From an uncultured delta proteobacterium (GTDB taxonomy: Bacteria; Desulfobacterota; Desulfomonilia; UBA1062), in NCBI GenBank assembly GCA_963785235.1, contig CAWAUM010000003.1:192001-256000 (forward strand): a stretch of DNA of 64,000 nt, read 5' to 3'. Every line of letters starts with the position of its first letter. The stretch's first letter is position 1. Shown in pieces: positions 52,265-63,031 of the stretch. A program made the translations under genes and the position numbers. The notes under the pieces were generated by a model, which did no database searches, had not been told where the DNA came from, and saw only the letters and a list, made by a program, of their open reading frames with translations.

Positions 52265-53404
52265 TCAACCATTGGCCCTCAACAGAGCCATGGGCGGATC
52301 GCATACTATACAGTTCTTGCCGGAGTTCTTTGCCTTGTAAAGGGCATCATCAGCCCTTCTCAGGAGCGTATCGATGTCCTCAAGAGGTTGATACCGGGTG
52401 ATCCCCATGGAAATGGTCATACGGAAATCCTCCGGCAGATCGGGATAAGTAGTCTCCGAAACCAGCTTTTTGATCCTGTTGGCAGAGATCAGCCCATCCT
52501 TCATGTTCGGGTAGGAAAGGATGAGGACAAATTCCTCACCGCCGTAACGGGCAAAGTAATCTTCCTTGCGGATATTATCCTTGATCCTCTTGCTGAGCAC
52601 CCTCAGCACCATGTCTCCGGCGAGGTGGCTATGGGTGTCGTTTACCTTTTTAAAGTCGTCGAGATCAAAGATGCACAGGCAGAACATCAATTCCCCGCGA
52701 TCGGCAAGGCTTTTTTCCCGCAACAGGATGTGGAACAGATGGCCCCTGTTATATATCCCTGTCAGGTCATCGAGGATCGCCTGCTGCTTAATGACCTCAT
52801 TGGCGTTATTGAGCGCATCGTTGGTGCTGCAGAGCTCCCTGTTCGCCTTGCTCAGTTTCTTTCTCAGCCCGTTGATATAGCTCCCGATAAAGGAAAACCA
52901 TATGAGCACTGCGAATAGCGTACCGGCATAAAGCAGCTCCACCCGTAAATTGATACTCCCGGGTTCGTTGATGAGCAGAAGCGTAATAACAGAGCCATAT
53001 CCCGCCAGTGCAATAACAGAGAGCATGAAAAATTGGCGGAAGTTTAACTTGAAGGTGCCGAAGGTAAAGACCACCATATAGAGGAGAAGCATGATTCCCC
53101 GGCCCTCATCCAGGCTGTATACCATAACCATGATCCATATCGTTGCAAGAACCATTTGAGTCATGGTGAGGCTGGGGTCCTTGAATCGTTTATTCAATCC
53201 CGAGCGGATTATGATGAAGATGAAGAGGTTGGATGTTATAGTGAGGGTATAAGTCAAGTAGAGCGGCCATGGCATTCTCGCAAACAGCCCGTCATAGTAG
53301 CAGTACAGGGCGATAAGCATCCATATGATGTACGTGCAGAAGGCCATGAGGAATCTTTTGATCCTCAAGGTTTGTTTAGGGTCATCCTTGGGAAAGATGT
53401 GCAC
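52265..53404 (-). CDS. Membrane diguanylate cyclase (GGDEF)
   Basis: TM helices, DDLTG, DLDDFKKVND, RKED I-site, RYGGEEF and ADDALYKAK motifs. Confidence 0.93.
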   Translation of the reverse strand: MHIFPKDDPKQTLRIKRFLMAFCTYIIWMLIALYCYYDGLFARMPWPLYLTYTLTITSNLFIFIIIRSGLNKRFKDPSLTMTQMVLATIWIMVMVYSLDEGRGIMLLLYMVVFTFGTFKLNFRQFFMLSVIALAGYGSVITLLLINEPGSINLRVELLYAGTLFAVLIWFSFIGSYINGLRKKLSKANRELCSTNDALNNANEVIKQQAILDDLTGIYNRGHLFHILLREKSLADRGELMFCLCIFDLDDFKKVNDTHSHLAGDMVLRVLSKRIKDNIRKEDYFARYGGEEFVLILSYPNMKDGLISANRIKKLVSETTYPDLPEDFRMTISMGITRYQPLEDIDTLLRRADDALYKAKNSGKNCIVCDPPMALLRANG

Positions 53405-53639
53405 TATTTCTATCCACCTCTTCAGCCCTGATGTGTCATATATATTTTCGTCATTATGATCTTATACCTTTAAATTGATTTTTGGTTTTTATGAACACTG
53501 TGGAAAGAATGGAAGAAAAGATACATACCCTCAAATATTGTTCATTGGTATTGTTTAAGTAATGATGAAAATGTGTTAATGGGGATCACGTACTTTTGAT
53601 ATGTAATCGTCAACCATGACAATTCATGCTAAGAGGAGG

Positions 53640-54500
53640 ATAGGCATAGAAAAAGGGTATACCTCTTTTCACCTGTTTTTTTCTTCTTGTTATTTTTTCC
53701 ATCCCCTGCCCCGCTCAGGACAAATCATATCGAATAGAAGTTTTACAAGTCACTGGTATCGAACCCTTTCAGTCTGACTACAAAGGATTCATTCAGGAGC
53801 TGCAGAAGAACGGCATCATCCAGGGCAAGAATCTTCAAATCAGGAGAACTATCATAGATTTCGATGTGGATAAGGCCGGCCTGTGGAAAAAAATCGGCGT
53901 CCTCATGAGGATCACAAGCGAGACACAGAAGATCGTTGACAGTAAGCCCGACCTTGTTCTCACCATCGGGACACCTGCCACCAGAGTATGCAAAAGACAA
54001 GATCATAGCTGCCGGCATCCCGGTGGTATTCACAGGGGTTGCTATACCCAGCTGCTGCAGGCTGCAAGTCACAGACAGAGTCAGGTAAGGGATTTACGGG
54101 TGCAACCCTCTACATGGACATGAATAGTGTTGTCAAGATCATCAGATTAGCTTTCCCCAAAATCAAGACACTGGGTGTTATCCACAGCGAAGATGAGAAT
54201 GCCGTGGAACAGGTTGCCCAGCTGAAGAAGAGCACACCGTCCGCTAGGCTTAAAAGTCATTTCCCGGCAGATCGATAAGAATGCCCATATCACTCCGGTG
54301 GCAGAGGAGGTAATGAATCAGGGCATTGAAGGCACCATCATCCCGCTGGACACCTACTATGGCATGAGGAACTATAAGGCCACTAACGAACTCCGCGAGC
54401 TGAACAATAAATGGAAAAAGCCCGGCATCTGTCTTGTGTACTGGAAGTCGCCCGGCGCCAATACTCTACATAGGTGACGATTTCAGCTCATATCGGCTCG
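53640..54500 (+). pseudogene. Fragmented ABC-type substrate-binding protein (ABC_sub_bind-like)
   Basis: KPDLVLTIGTPAT, GIPVVFTGV, FTGATL and FPKIKTLGVIHS spread over several frames; the 3' end is degraded. Confidence 0.65.
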
Positions 54501-54615
54501 CTCTGCAGCTCTAAAACGAAGGAGTTATTGTTGTTGGAGGTGAAGGATATCTTGTCGTCCCGGCAGGGAACGTCCTGACTGCCTGGCATATTATAGGACC
54601 TTAAATGCCGGGGGC

Positions 54616-56724
54616 TCAGTCACCCCTGATAAAACTGCTGACAACACCTTTCAGATATTGGGCAGGGTTGATCCGGGCCATGTTCTTTATGGTATCGATG
54701 TTTTCGTTGAGATAATGGGTATCCAGCACCCATATCACATGGCGTTTCTTATACGGGATACCTGCCCTGTCCATGTACTCGCACGGGAAGACCTGTACCG
54801 TGATGGTCTTCATGTCGTAATCCTTGCCGCACTCACAGATGGCTGCATTGAGCACATACCAGGGGACTGTGCTGTTCTGAGGCACAATAACCTTGATGCT
54901 GTTGATCAGATCGGAAAGATTAACGCCCCTGTCGGTCTGGTCGACGACAAAGTATGCCTGGGGATTGTTGTCATGGAACAAGGCATACGAGCTGCTCACC
55001 CTTTTGAGCCCGTATTTTTGATAAGTATCCCCGATGGATTCCCCTTGGCGTTTCTGTGAATCGAGACATAAGGCATCTACCAGGATGCCTTCGGAGAGCT
55101 GCCTGTATGCTGCACTGAGATTTTGGATGTCTTTGGGAGAGCTCTCTCTCACGGTCCAGCCTTTGGGCAGTTCAGGGATCGATTGGGGCAGGTCCATGTT
55201 CAGATATGCAAAGGTGTCCATGGAGAGGTGCGCCGGGTTGTTCACCGCCCGGTAGGCATTGCTGAAAAAATTATTGGGAAACCGGTTTTCAGGAGGGAAA
55301 TAGATGATCATATAATCCATGCCCGCCGATGGCATCCGGGTGATGCTGTCGAGATAGTTGAGTATCTGTTTCATGACATAGTGCCCGGTGATTTTCACAC
55401 CGATATCCTTGGTGGCAAGGTGGTTCACCAGCCACGACCTTTCATATGCCTTGATCAGGGAAACGTGGCCATAGATCACGCCGTTGCGCTCATACGTCAG
55501 ATTCGCGAATATATCAGGACAGTGATGGTACAGTTTTTTATAGGTCTCTTTAAAATCGTCTTTATGCTGGGCTATGCCGGTGTATTTCTCAGGGTATATG
55601 AACCCGGACTCGAAAAAGAAGTTCCACAAGGATGCCATGTCCATGTCATACGATACCCGGGCATAAGGATCGTCGGCCCTTGATAAAACGTTGAACAGCT
55701 GATTGTAGGAAGCGACATCGATATCGGTGATCAGAAAACCGTACTGGATAGTGTTCTTTTTCTTTTTTTCCCCATAGACGACCTTGACCGGGCACTTCAG
55801 ATTGAGGCCTCCTGCAAAATCTATGAAGGCCTCATCGATGATCATACCCGGCATGAGGAGCGATGAGTCCGATTCAACCATCACGGAGAAGCCCGAAGAG
55901 TTGATGTCTACTATGTCATAGGATACCCTCGTCCCTGTCAGAGGGTGCGTGAACTTTACTTCAGGGCTTGGAACGAGATTCAGACGCGGATTACGGTTTT
56001 TCCGCCCGCCGTTTCTTTTCAGGGGTATGTTCAAGGGTTCGAGGATAATGGTTTTTCCCTGGTTCTCGGTACGGATGAGTTTGGACATACCCGAAAATAT
56101 CAGCCTGCCACCACGCATGAGATCTACTTTAATGGGCTTGCCCATGTCCTGGGATCCGGAAGTTGTCCATGGGAGGCCTTTCAATTCGATGCGCAGCCCT
56201 GCAGGATTGAACTCGTAAAGGGCCCCGGCATATTCGATGTCATCATGACATACCCGAGCAAGCACGTTCCGGCACAGGTGCCTACCGGCATGACGGGCCT
56301 GATATATGACGCCTGTCTTCCCAAGCTTGGCAGCCAACAGCCGGGATGTGATGAGAACAGGGTCGGCATGCATCATGATCACTGACTTTCCGTTGTCAAC
56401 CAGGAGACCCTTGAAGATGAAGTCCTCGAAGTCATGGATGGATCCTTCCGGCAGCGAGAAAGTTACCTCGCTTCCGGTGCACGGCCCCGGGATCACCTTG
56501 AAGAGATACTCTTCCTTGGTGTGAGGGAAGATCATGTGTGCAAAGATCTGATCGTCAACAAAGTTCCTGAAATTCATTGCATTCACGAATTGTTTCTGAT
56601 CGATGCCGGATGAAAAAAATGGAGACCGCTTCAGGTCGGATCGCCTGAAAGGGATAAGGTAAGGGTTGTCCAGTAATGAATCTTCCCGGAGTTCTTTCCT
56701 GCCATGAACATCACTGCCCATCAT
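54616..56724 (-). CDS. PilZ-domain protein with probable GNAT-like C-terminal half
   Basis: RKNRNPR (RxxxR) and DINSSG (D/NxSxxG), plus a second degenerate PilZ (RHAGR..EFNPAG). C-terminal half LWNFFFESGFIYPEK..GHVSL..WLVNHLA. Confidence 0.8.
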   Translation of the reverse strand: MMGSDVHGRKELREDSLLDNPYLIPFRRSDLKRSPFFSSGIDQKQFVNAMNFRNFVDDQIFAHMIFPHTKEEYLFKVIPGPCTGSEVTFSLPEGSIHDFEDFIFKGLLVDNGKSVIMMHADPVLITSRLLAAKLGKTGVIYQARHAGRHLCRNVLARVCHDDIEYAGALYEFNPAGLRIELKGLPWTTSGSQDMGKPIKVDLMRGGRLIFSGMSKLIRTENQGKTIILEPLNIPLKRNGGRKNRNPRLNLVPSPEVKFTHPLTGTRVSYDIVDINSSGFSVMVESDSSLLMPGMIIDEAFIDFAGGLNLKCPVKVVYGEKKKKNTIQYGFLITDIDVASYNQLFNVLSRADDPYARVSYDMDMASLWNFFFESGFIYPEKYTGIAQHKDDFKETYKKLYHHCPDIFANLTYERNGVIYGHVSLIKAYERSWLVNHLATKDIGVKITGHYVMKQILNYLDSITRMPSAGMDYMIIYFPPENRFPNNFFSNAYRAVNNPAHLSMDTFAYLNMDLPQSIPELPKGWTVRESSPKDIQNLSAAYRQLSEGILVDALCLDSQKRQGESIGDTYQKYGLKRVSSSYALFHDNNPQAYFVVDQTDRGVNLSDLINSIKVIVPQNSTVPWYVLNAAICECGKDYDMKTITVQVFPCEYMDRAGIPYKKRHVIWVLDTHYLNENIDTIKNMARINPAQYLKGVVSSFIRGD

Positions 56725-56850
56725 ATGCCCCCCCTTCGTGAATGATATGGTATCTAAATTATGCTACCCCCTGATGCTGATAGTAAAGTGGTTACTTATT
56801 TGATCATACATGGATTCTCTTTCAACACAAGTGCATTTTTGTTGCGATAC

Positions 56851-56910
56851 AAAGGGGACAAAAAGGGGCAGATTAATTCTGATAATGAGGCCCTGTCTCG
56901 ATTTCTCCCC
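56851..56910. repeat. Degenerate GGGGACA-tagged repeat
   Basis: AAAGGGGACA AAAAGGGGCAGATTAATT ... CCTGTCTC..CTCCCC. Confidence 0.4.
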
Positions 56911-56918
56911 ATGCGCCC

Positions 56919-58765
56919 CTAACCCAGCAGCGAATCCCGGCCGTTGTTGATGAAGCAGGCCTTCATGGCCTGGTACTTATCGGGCGTCAGCAGATGATAG
57001 GTGGTGTCGCCCTTGGCACGGTAATAGATCTGCATCATGGGGTTGTTCTCAATATTGTAATGCTCACGTTTATAGGGACGCACCACGATCTTGTGGGTAT
57101 CGGTCACGGGGAAGCTGTCGATTATGCGGATAAAGTCAGGCATCCATTTCGGGTCCATGCCGCCCTCTTTCTGCTGCCGGATCAACCAGGCATAGACTGC
57201 ATCAGGGCTGAATTCCTCACCCTTCCTGAGCTGGATTGTGACCATGACCTTCTCATCCGAGACATCACAGGGTGCACCATAGGCGATGGCGCAATCCACG
57301 CCGGGCATCTCCTGGGCATACTGCAGGACATTCTCGGCCGAGAAGTTCTCGCCGTCCTTGCGGATCCAGTCGTCGGTGCGGCCGTTGAAATACAGGTAGC
57401 GCTTGCCATCCACGGCCCGGATATGGCCGATATCGCCGGAATGGTAGATGCCGCCGCGGAATTTCTGGCGTGGTGGCCTGGGCGTTGCCGAAGTAGCCCT
57501 CGAACCTGAGGTTGTCGTCCCCACCTTGCGGCATATCTCGCCCACGGCCTGGTCATAGTTGGTGAGCCTGCCGTTTGCATCCACGATCCCCGGGAGGCAT
57601 TCCTTACCCTGTTCATCCAGGATCAGGATGGATTTATCCGCCTGCCCCACGGATTCGATGGGGTCGCCGGGACGGTTGGCCGTGGTGATGACCGCCTCGG
57701 TCGATCCATAGATCTCATAGATGTGCTCCATGCCGAGGTAGCGCATAAGTTTTTTCCGGTCCACACCGAGGCGCCGTTTCCGTACGCGATCCGGAACCTG
57801 TTCTTAGGATGCGTGGCCAGGGCCTTCTCCACCGCATCGCCGCCGCCGTATTTGTTTTCCAGTGCATCCAGTATGTAGTGCAGCGGCTGGCCGACATAAT
57901 TCAGGAAGGTCACGCCATGGTCCAGCAGGTCTTCCTCAAAGGCGCTGGCGCTGAAACGGCGCTTGAGCACGAAGCTCCCGCCCGCGACCATCTGCGGCAG
58001 GATGCCGACATACCAGGCGTTCGAGTGGAAGAGCGGCATGGAAATGTAGCCGCGGTCCTTCTTCGTGAGCTTGGTGGCGTTCCGTACGACAAAGCCCGCA
58101 CCCACGAGCTTGATATGCGTGCACGGCACCCCTTTGGGCATACCGGTCGTGCCGGAGGTGTAGATGACGATCACCGGGCTGAAATTGTCAATGGGCACCC
58201 GGTAGCTCCGCGGGACGTCGGGCTCGGCATTGGCTACTGCCTGTTCCAGGTCCCCATAGCCCTTGCCTGCTGTCTCGCTCTGGCCGCCCACATACAGGAT
58301 ATCCTCGGGCCCGAGCACTGACACCTCGCCCATGACGCGCTCCACCTCTGCAGCCGTGCTGGCATTCATGATCAGGCGCGTTATGTTCGCCTGGTTGATG
58401 ACCTTTGCCAGGGTCTCGCCGCGGAAACCGGTGTTGATGGCGAAGAGGACCGAGTTGCTGAGTCCGGCCCCCAGGGCTGCAAAAATAAATTCCGGGGTGT
58501 TTTCCATGTAAATGCCCAGAGCAAGGCGCTCGTTAGGGCCTAACTTGCCACTTTCAAGGAGTTTTTTGCGCTCGGCAAGAAAGAAATTGGCATATCGCCC
58601 GGCTTGCCAATAGACCTCGCGGTAGGTGTATTCCCTGCCTTCAAAAATAAAGAAAGTCCTATTGCGCCGGGGCCACAGCCACCACATGGTCAGCCGGATC
58701 ATGGTGGAGAAATTTACAAACCAGAGAAAGGTGCGGATGATTGATTTCAAAGATATGCTCTTCAT
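56919..58765 (-). CDS. AMP-binding acyl-CoA synthetase (FATP/FadD17-like); apparent indels
   Basis: YTSGTTGMPKG, MPLFHSNA, YGSTE and SGDIG..GRTDDWIRKDGENFS motifs. Confidence 0.9.
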
Positions 58766-59364
58766 ACAAAAACTCCTCATGGATGTGCGGCGAGAGCGCC
58801 GGGTCGCCCATTGCTACCTTGGCATAGGAGGAACTAAAAGGACATTCGCTGCCTATTGAGGCGTCTCAGCTGCACTTCGAAAGTTGTAGTGCATATTCTA
58901 CCATATAATGAGCAATCGGGCATACGGCAAAACGGGAGGCATCAGCAGTAGATAAATAGGCAATCCATGCTACGGTGATGATATATGAAAAGAAGACCCT
59001 GGCAGACTTCCTGCCAGTGCCTCTTTACTCAACTTGTTATGAGGATTGGAGAGATCTTATGAGAACACTCAAGGCATTGAATGCATTGCGCACGTAGTCG
59101 TGCAGGTTAGAACCTTGTATTGAACCCGATCCTCACGATGGATGCCTGAAATTCGCTGTTGCCGATATCCGTATCGTTGAAGTCAGCGTTGCCCCTTGAA
59201 ATATCAAGCTTATACCACCCCACCCAGACTGATCTTCGCATATGGGGACAAGGGGAAAGGCTATATCCATGACAACCAGCCCATAGAAGCCATCTTCCAG
59301 GTGGGTCAAGAATGTTTTATCGCTGCGCTCGAAATGACTTGTGACGTAATTCTGCAAGCAGGGA

Positions 59365-60947
59365 CTAGGATGCCCTGTTCAGCCTGCGATACATGGACCT
59401 GTTATTCCGGTATATCTCAACAAATTCGGTGAAGAGCTCGTCATAAATTGAGCGGTTCGCAGGGTCCGGCATAAAGGTGTTTCCGTATTCCATAAGGCCA
59501 GGGATGTCATCAACGGTGATCTCGCCTAGACCTACCGACGCGATAAAGGCGGCCCCCCTGGCATTTGCCTGCATGGGGTCCTTTGCCTGACGGATGGTCC
59601 GGTTCAGCACGTCGGCAAAGATCCGGCACCACAAGGCCGACTGTGCACCGCCTCCGACAATGGTGATGGGGTCCAGCTTCCTTCCGACAAAGCGCTCCAC
59701 GTACCTGAGGCTCCAGCGGGTATTGTAGGCCACGCCCTCGAAGAAGGCCCGGACTATGTGGTCGAAGGTCGTGGTCTTGGACAGGTTATGGATGCCGCAG
59801 CGCACAGTAGTATCGTCCACCGGGGTCCGTTCGCCGTTGAGCCATGGGGTAACGATGAGCCTGTCACTTCCTGCGGAAACCCGGGAAGCCACTTCGTTCA
59901 GGATGTCATAGGAAACTTCATGACCCTTGCCCGGCTCCGAAACCTCGTGGCAGCGTGCCATCAAACCTGAGAGGAACTCCAGCGCCCCGCCTGCCATGTC
60001 CTGCTCGTTCACGCTCTGGTACTTGCCTGGGATTGCCGTGGGGAACGAGGCAATGGAATGGAACACATCGGTCTTCTTGAACGGCACGATGCACTGGACC
60101 CACGACGAGGTTCCCACATACAGATGGCCTTCATAATCCCTTACCGCACCGGAGCCGACGCATGCACACTGGTGATCGGGTGATCCCGCAACCACCTTCA
60201 CTCCTGGCGGCAAGCCGATCCGGCGTGCCACATCGGGCTTGAGCGTGCCCAGAACATCGATGGAGCGGATAAGGGTCGGCAGCTTTGCCCTGTCAATACC
60301 GGCAAGCCGGATCAGTTCGTCATCGTAGGTGATGTTGTTTACGTCCCTTATGTCCGTGAGCCAGAAGAGCTGCATGGAATCAAATGAGGCGGCCACCTCG
60401 CCCGTAAGACGCAGGTTCAGGTAGTCCTTGCTCGGCAGGAACACGGAGGTCTTTTCATAGACCTCGGGAAACTCGTTCTTTATGAGAAGCACATGGGCGA
60501 TGTCGTCCTTGCCGGAGAGTGTCGGGGCCCCGGCTGTCTTGGGCAGCCATCTGAGCACCTTGGACACACCGTAGCCCATGATGCTGGGGAACCCCTTCAT
60601 GAGCCTTTTCACATACGGCGCTCCACGCGAGTCCATCCAGGTGAGCGAGTTCATGAGGTGGTTGCCCTGAGAGTCCACGGCCACCGTGCTGGAAAAGGTG
60701 CTGGACACGCATACCGCTATGATATCTTCGGGTGCTGCAACACCGCCTAGCCACCAGGCGCCCGGATACGGCGAGCAGGGCGTCCCACCAGTGCGCCAGG
60801 GTCCTGCTCGGCGCCGCCTTCGGGCAAAAAATAGATTGGGGTCTTCTCAAAATCCGAGGCAAGGATTTGTCCATGGGTGGAGACAATGGATGCCTTGACC
60901 CCGGAGGTTCCGTGATCAATGGCCAGGATGAATCGCTTTTCGCCCAT
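59365..60947 (-). CDS. FGGY-family carbohydrate kinase (xylulokinase-like); indels near 60710-60790
   Basis: ILAIDHGTSGVKA, EQDP, WMDSRG, GSPD, GTSSW, GERTP, FEGVA and GGGAQS motifs. Confidence 0.9.
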
Positions 60948-60983
60948 GGCAGGTCCTTTTCAGATCAGTGAGCCTTGGCAGCT

Positions 60984-62213
60984 TTAGATGTCCAGCTTGG
61001 TCACTACGCCCTTTTCGTCCACCATCTCCACGATCACCCCTCCGAATGCCTCGCCGCCTTCCTTTTTCGTATCCAGCTTCATCACCTTGGTAATGAGCCC
61101 GACAAAATCCATGGGGTCAAGGCATGCCTCGGGTGGCAGCACACCAGGGCCCTTAACCTTTCCTTTTGCCATGAGGATCACGCCCATGGCGGCAGGTATC
61201 CCGGTGCCCTCGCCCAGGGCCTGGGAACGTGAGGCCATGTGGAACCGGTATTCCCTTGCCTTCCCATCCTTTGTGCCCTTGGCGATGACCGAGCAGCACC
61301 CGCAGGGTTTTGTAAACCCTGTGGCTTGAAGGATTTCGTCGCGCTTCTTCAGTATGTATGACACGGCAAAGTCGTAGGGTGTCACAACCTGTCCCTTGAC
61401 CTCGATTGCGTCGGTGCTCGAAAGCCCCAGACCGCAGAGATCACGGGTGAGGTTGTAGTATTCGTTGGGCAGCACCGAGCCCTTGTTGGTGACCTGCTTC
61501 ACCTTCAGATACCTGGGCAGGGTCACCTGCTCGGGGTGCGGGTAGGGGTAGATGGGGATGCCGCTCCCCACTACCGGGAAGTCAAAGGTCTGCCGCAAGG
61601 CTATCCCATCGGGCTTGAAATATTTCACGTACCGCAACTGCCCATCAAGGTACATGGGTATGTCGATGTTCATACAGTGGAACCTGTGGCCGATGACGCC
61701 CTCTCCTTCTATTGCCTCGCCTCCATGGGTGTGGAAGATATCGATGGAATCGGTTTCGTCCAGCAGGGTATCGTGTGCAAGCTTTGCCAGAAGGTTGGTG
61801 GCACCGGGCGAACTGCCCATGCCGATGAGCGCGGTAACCCCTGCCTTCTTTGCCTGAGTGTCCATGGCAAGGATTTCAAGCGTCACATCCACATCGTCGC
61901 AGACGTCCACATAGTTGATGCCAGCTTCGATTACGGTCCTGATGATGGGCTTTACGGTTGAGTAGAAGGGCCCGATGCAGTTGAGTACAACATCCGTTCC
62001 AGCCAGGGCCTGTCGTATGGTTTCCGGTTCAAAGGCATTCACCTGTACGGCTGAGATCTTGGGCGATCCGATCCTGGATATGAGCCGGCGGGCCTTGTCC
62101 AGATCCAGATCACCGATAACTACCTGATCGAAAAGATCCTGTCCTGCAAGGGTTTCAACCGCAATGCTGCCTACTGCTCCGCAACCGCCGAGTACTGTAA
62201 CCTTTGACATCAT
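60984..62213 (-). CDS. Saccharopine dehydrogenase-like NAD(P)-dependent oxidoreductase
   Basis: VLGGCGAVG, NCIGPFY, YVDVCDD, GMGSSPG, HPE and GVLPPE motifs. Confidence 0.88.
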   Translation of the reverse strand: MMSKVTVLGGCGAVGSIAVETLAGQDLFDQVVIGDLDLDKARRLISRIGSPKISAVQVNAFEPETIRQALAGTDVVLNCIGPFYSTVKPIIRTVIEAGINYVDVCDDVDVTLEILAMDTQAKKAGVTALIGMGSSPGATNLLAKLAHDTLLDETDSIDIFHTHGGEAIEGEGVIGHRFHCMNIDIPMYLDGQLRYVKYFKPDGIALRQTFDFPVVGSGIPIYPYPHPEQVTLPRYLKVKQVTNKGSVLPNEYYNLTRDLCGLGLSSTDAIEVKGQVVTPYDFAVSYILKKRDEILQATGFTKPCGCCSVIAKGTKDGKAREYRFHMASRSQALGEGTGIPAAMGVILMAKGKVKGPGVLPPEACLDPMDFVGLITKVMKLDTKKEGGEAFGGVIVEMVDEKGVVTKLDI

Positions 62214-62229
62214 GCACCTCCCAGTAAAC

Positions 62230-62277
62230 TTGAACACTGTTAAATTTAACTATGTTCAATTGACGGGGGATTGTCAA
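62230..62277 (-). promoter_or_regulatory. Sigma70-type promoter overlapped by a 30-bp palindromic operator (likely a TetR site)
   Basis: Minus strand TTGACA-N17-CATAGT; TTGAACACTGTTAAA/TTTAACTATGTTCAA dyad at 62230-62259 (13 of 15 positions). Confidence 0.7.
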
Positions 62278-62321
62278 GCCCCTTTTCGAAAAACCCTATG
62301 ATGGAAACCCCTGGAAAGAAG

Positions 62322-62954
62322 TTATGCCCTGTACTGTTCGATGAGCTCGTTGGTGATCCGCCTGTAGGTCTTATCCAGATCATGGGTTACATAACCCATG
62401 ATCTGACTGTTTGCCAGCGAGACCATTCCATGGAGCATGCTCCAGATCTTGACGATGCCATGGACAAGATCATCCGTGGCGATTTTTTGTGAATCCTTTT
62501 TGAGCCCTTTAAGGGCATCCATAGCTATCCGGACGATATCCATGGAAATCTTATACTCGATGGCCGAGATCTTCTCGTAGGGAGTTCCGATATAATCGTT
62601 GTGTTTTGGGGTAGGCCTGGTGAACATGATGTCGTAGTAGGCCTTGTTGGTGATGCCGAAATCAACATATGCATCAATGAGGGCATGAGCTCGCGTTGCC
62701 GGATCAGGGTTTGATAAACACGACCTCTCCAGTTCATCGTAGAGCATCTGGAAGCCTTTGATGACAATAGAGATGTAGATTTCTTCCTTGCTCTGGAAAA
62801 AATTGTAGAGGTTCGGAGCACTCATATGCAACCGGTTTCCAAGCCTGCGCATGGTCAACAAAGGAAACCCCTCCTCCACAATAATGGCAAGGGCTGCCTC
62901 GATAATCCGCTCGCGGATTCGTTCAATATCCGCTGAGCTCCTGGTCTTCTTCAT
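62322..62954 (-). CDS. TetR/AcrR family regulator (WHG-type C-domain)
   Basis: IIEAALAII..LTMRRLG..MSAPNLYNFF.SKEEI HTH; WSMLHG motif. Confidence 0.93.
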   Translation of the reverse strand: MKKTRSSADIERIRERIIEAALAIIVEEGFPLLTMRRLGNRLHMSAPNLYNFFQSKEEIYISIVIKGFQMLYDELERSCLSNPDPATRAHALIDAYVDFGITNKAYYDIMFTRPTPKHNDYIGTPYEKISAIEYKISMDIVRIAMDALKGLKKDSQKIATDDLVHGIVKIWSMLHGMVSLANSQIMGYVTHDLDKTYRRITNELIEQYRA

Positions 62955-63031
62955 GTCAAACCCGCTTAACTGTATTTTAGGGAACAAGTCAAGTTAATCA
63001 GCAAGGTCATATATCATCTATTTTATTTCAA

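Noticed and set aside
53445-53474. Sigma28-like TAAA-N16-GACGAAAA upstream of the second GGDEF gene
   Set aside because: Spacing and -10 box both deviate from consensus, in AT-rich DNA; too weak to call.
59058-59432. Short ORFs between the FGGY kinase and the acyl-CoA ligase
   Set aside because: No recognisable motifs in any frame; the in-frame TGA codons lack Cys-family context or a SECIS.
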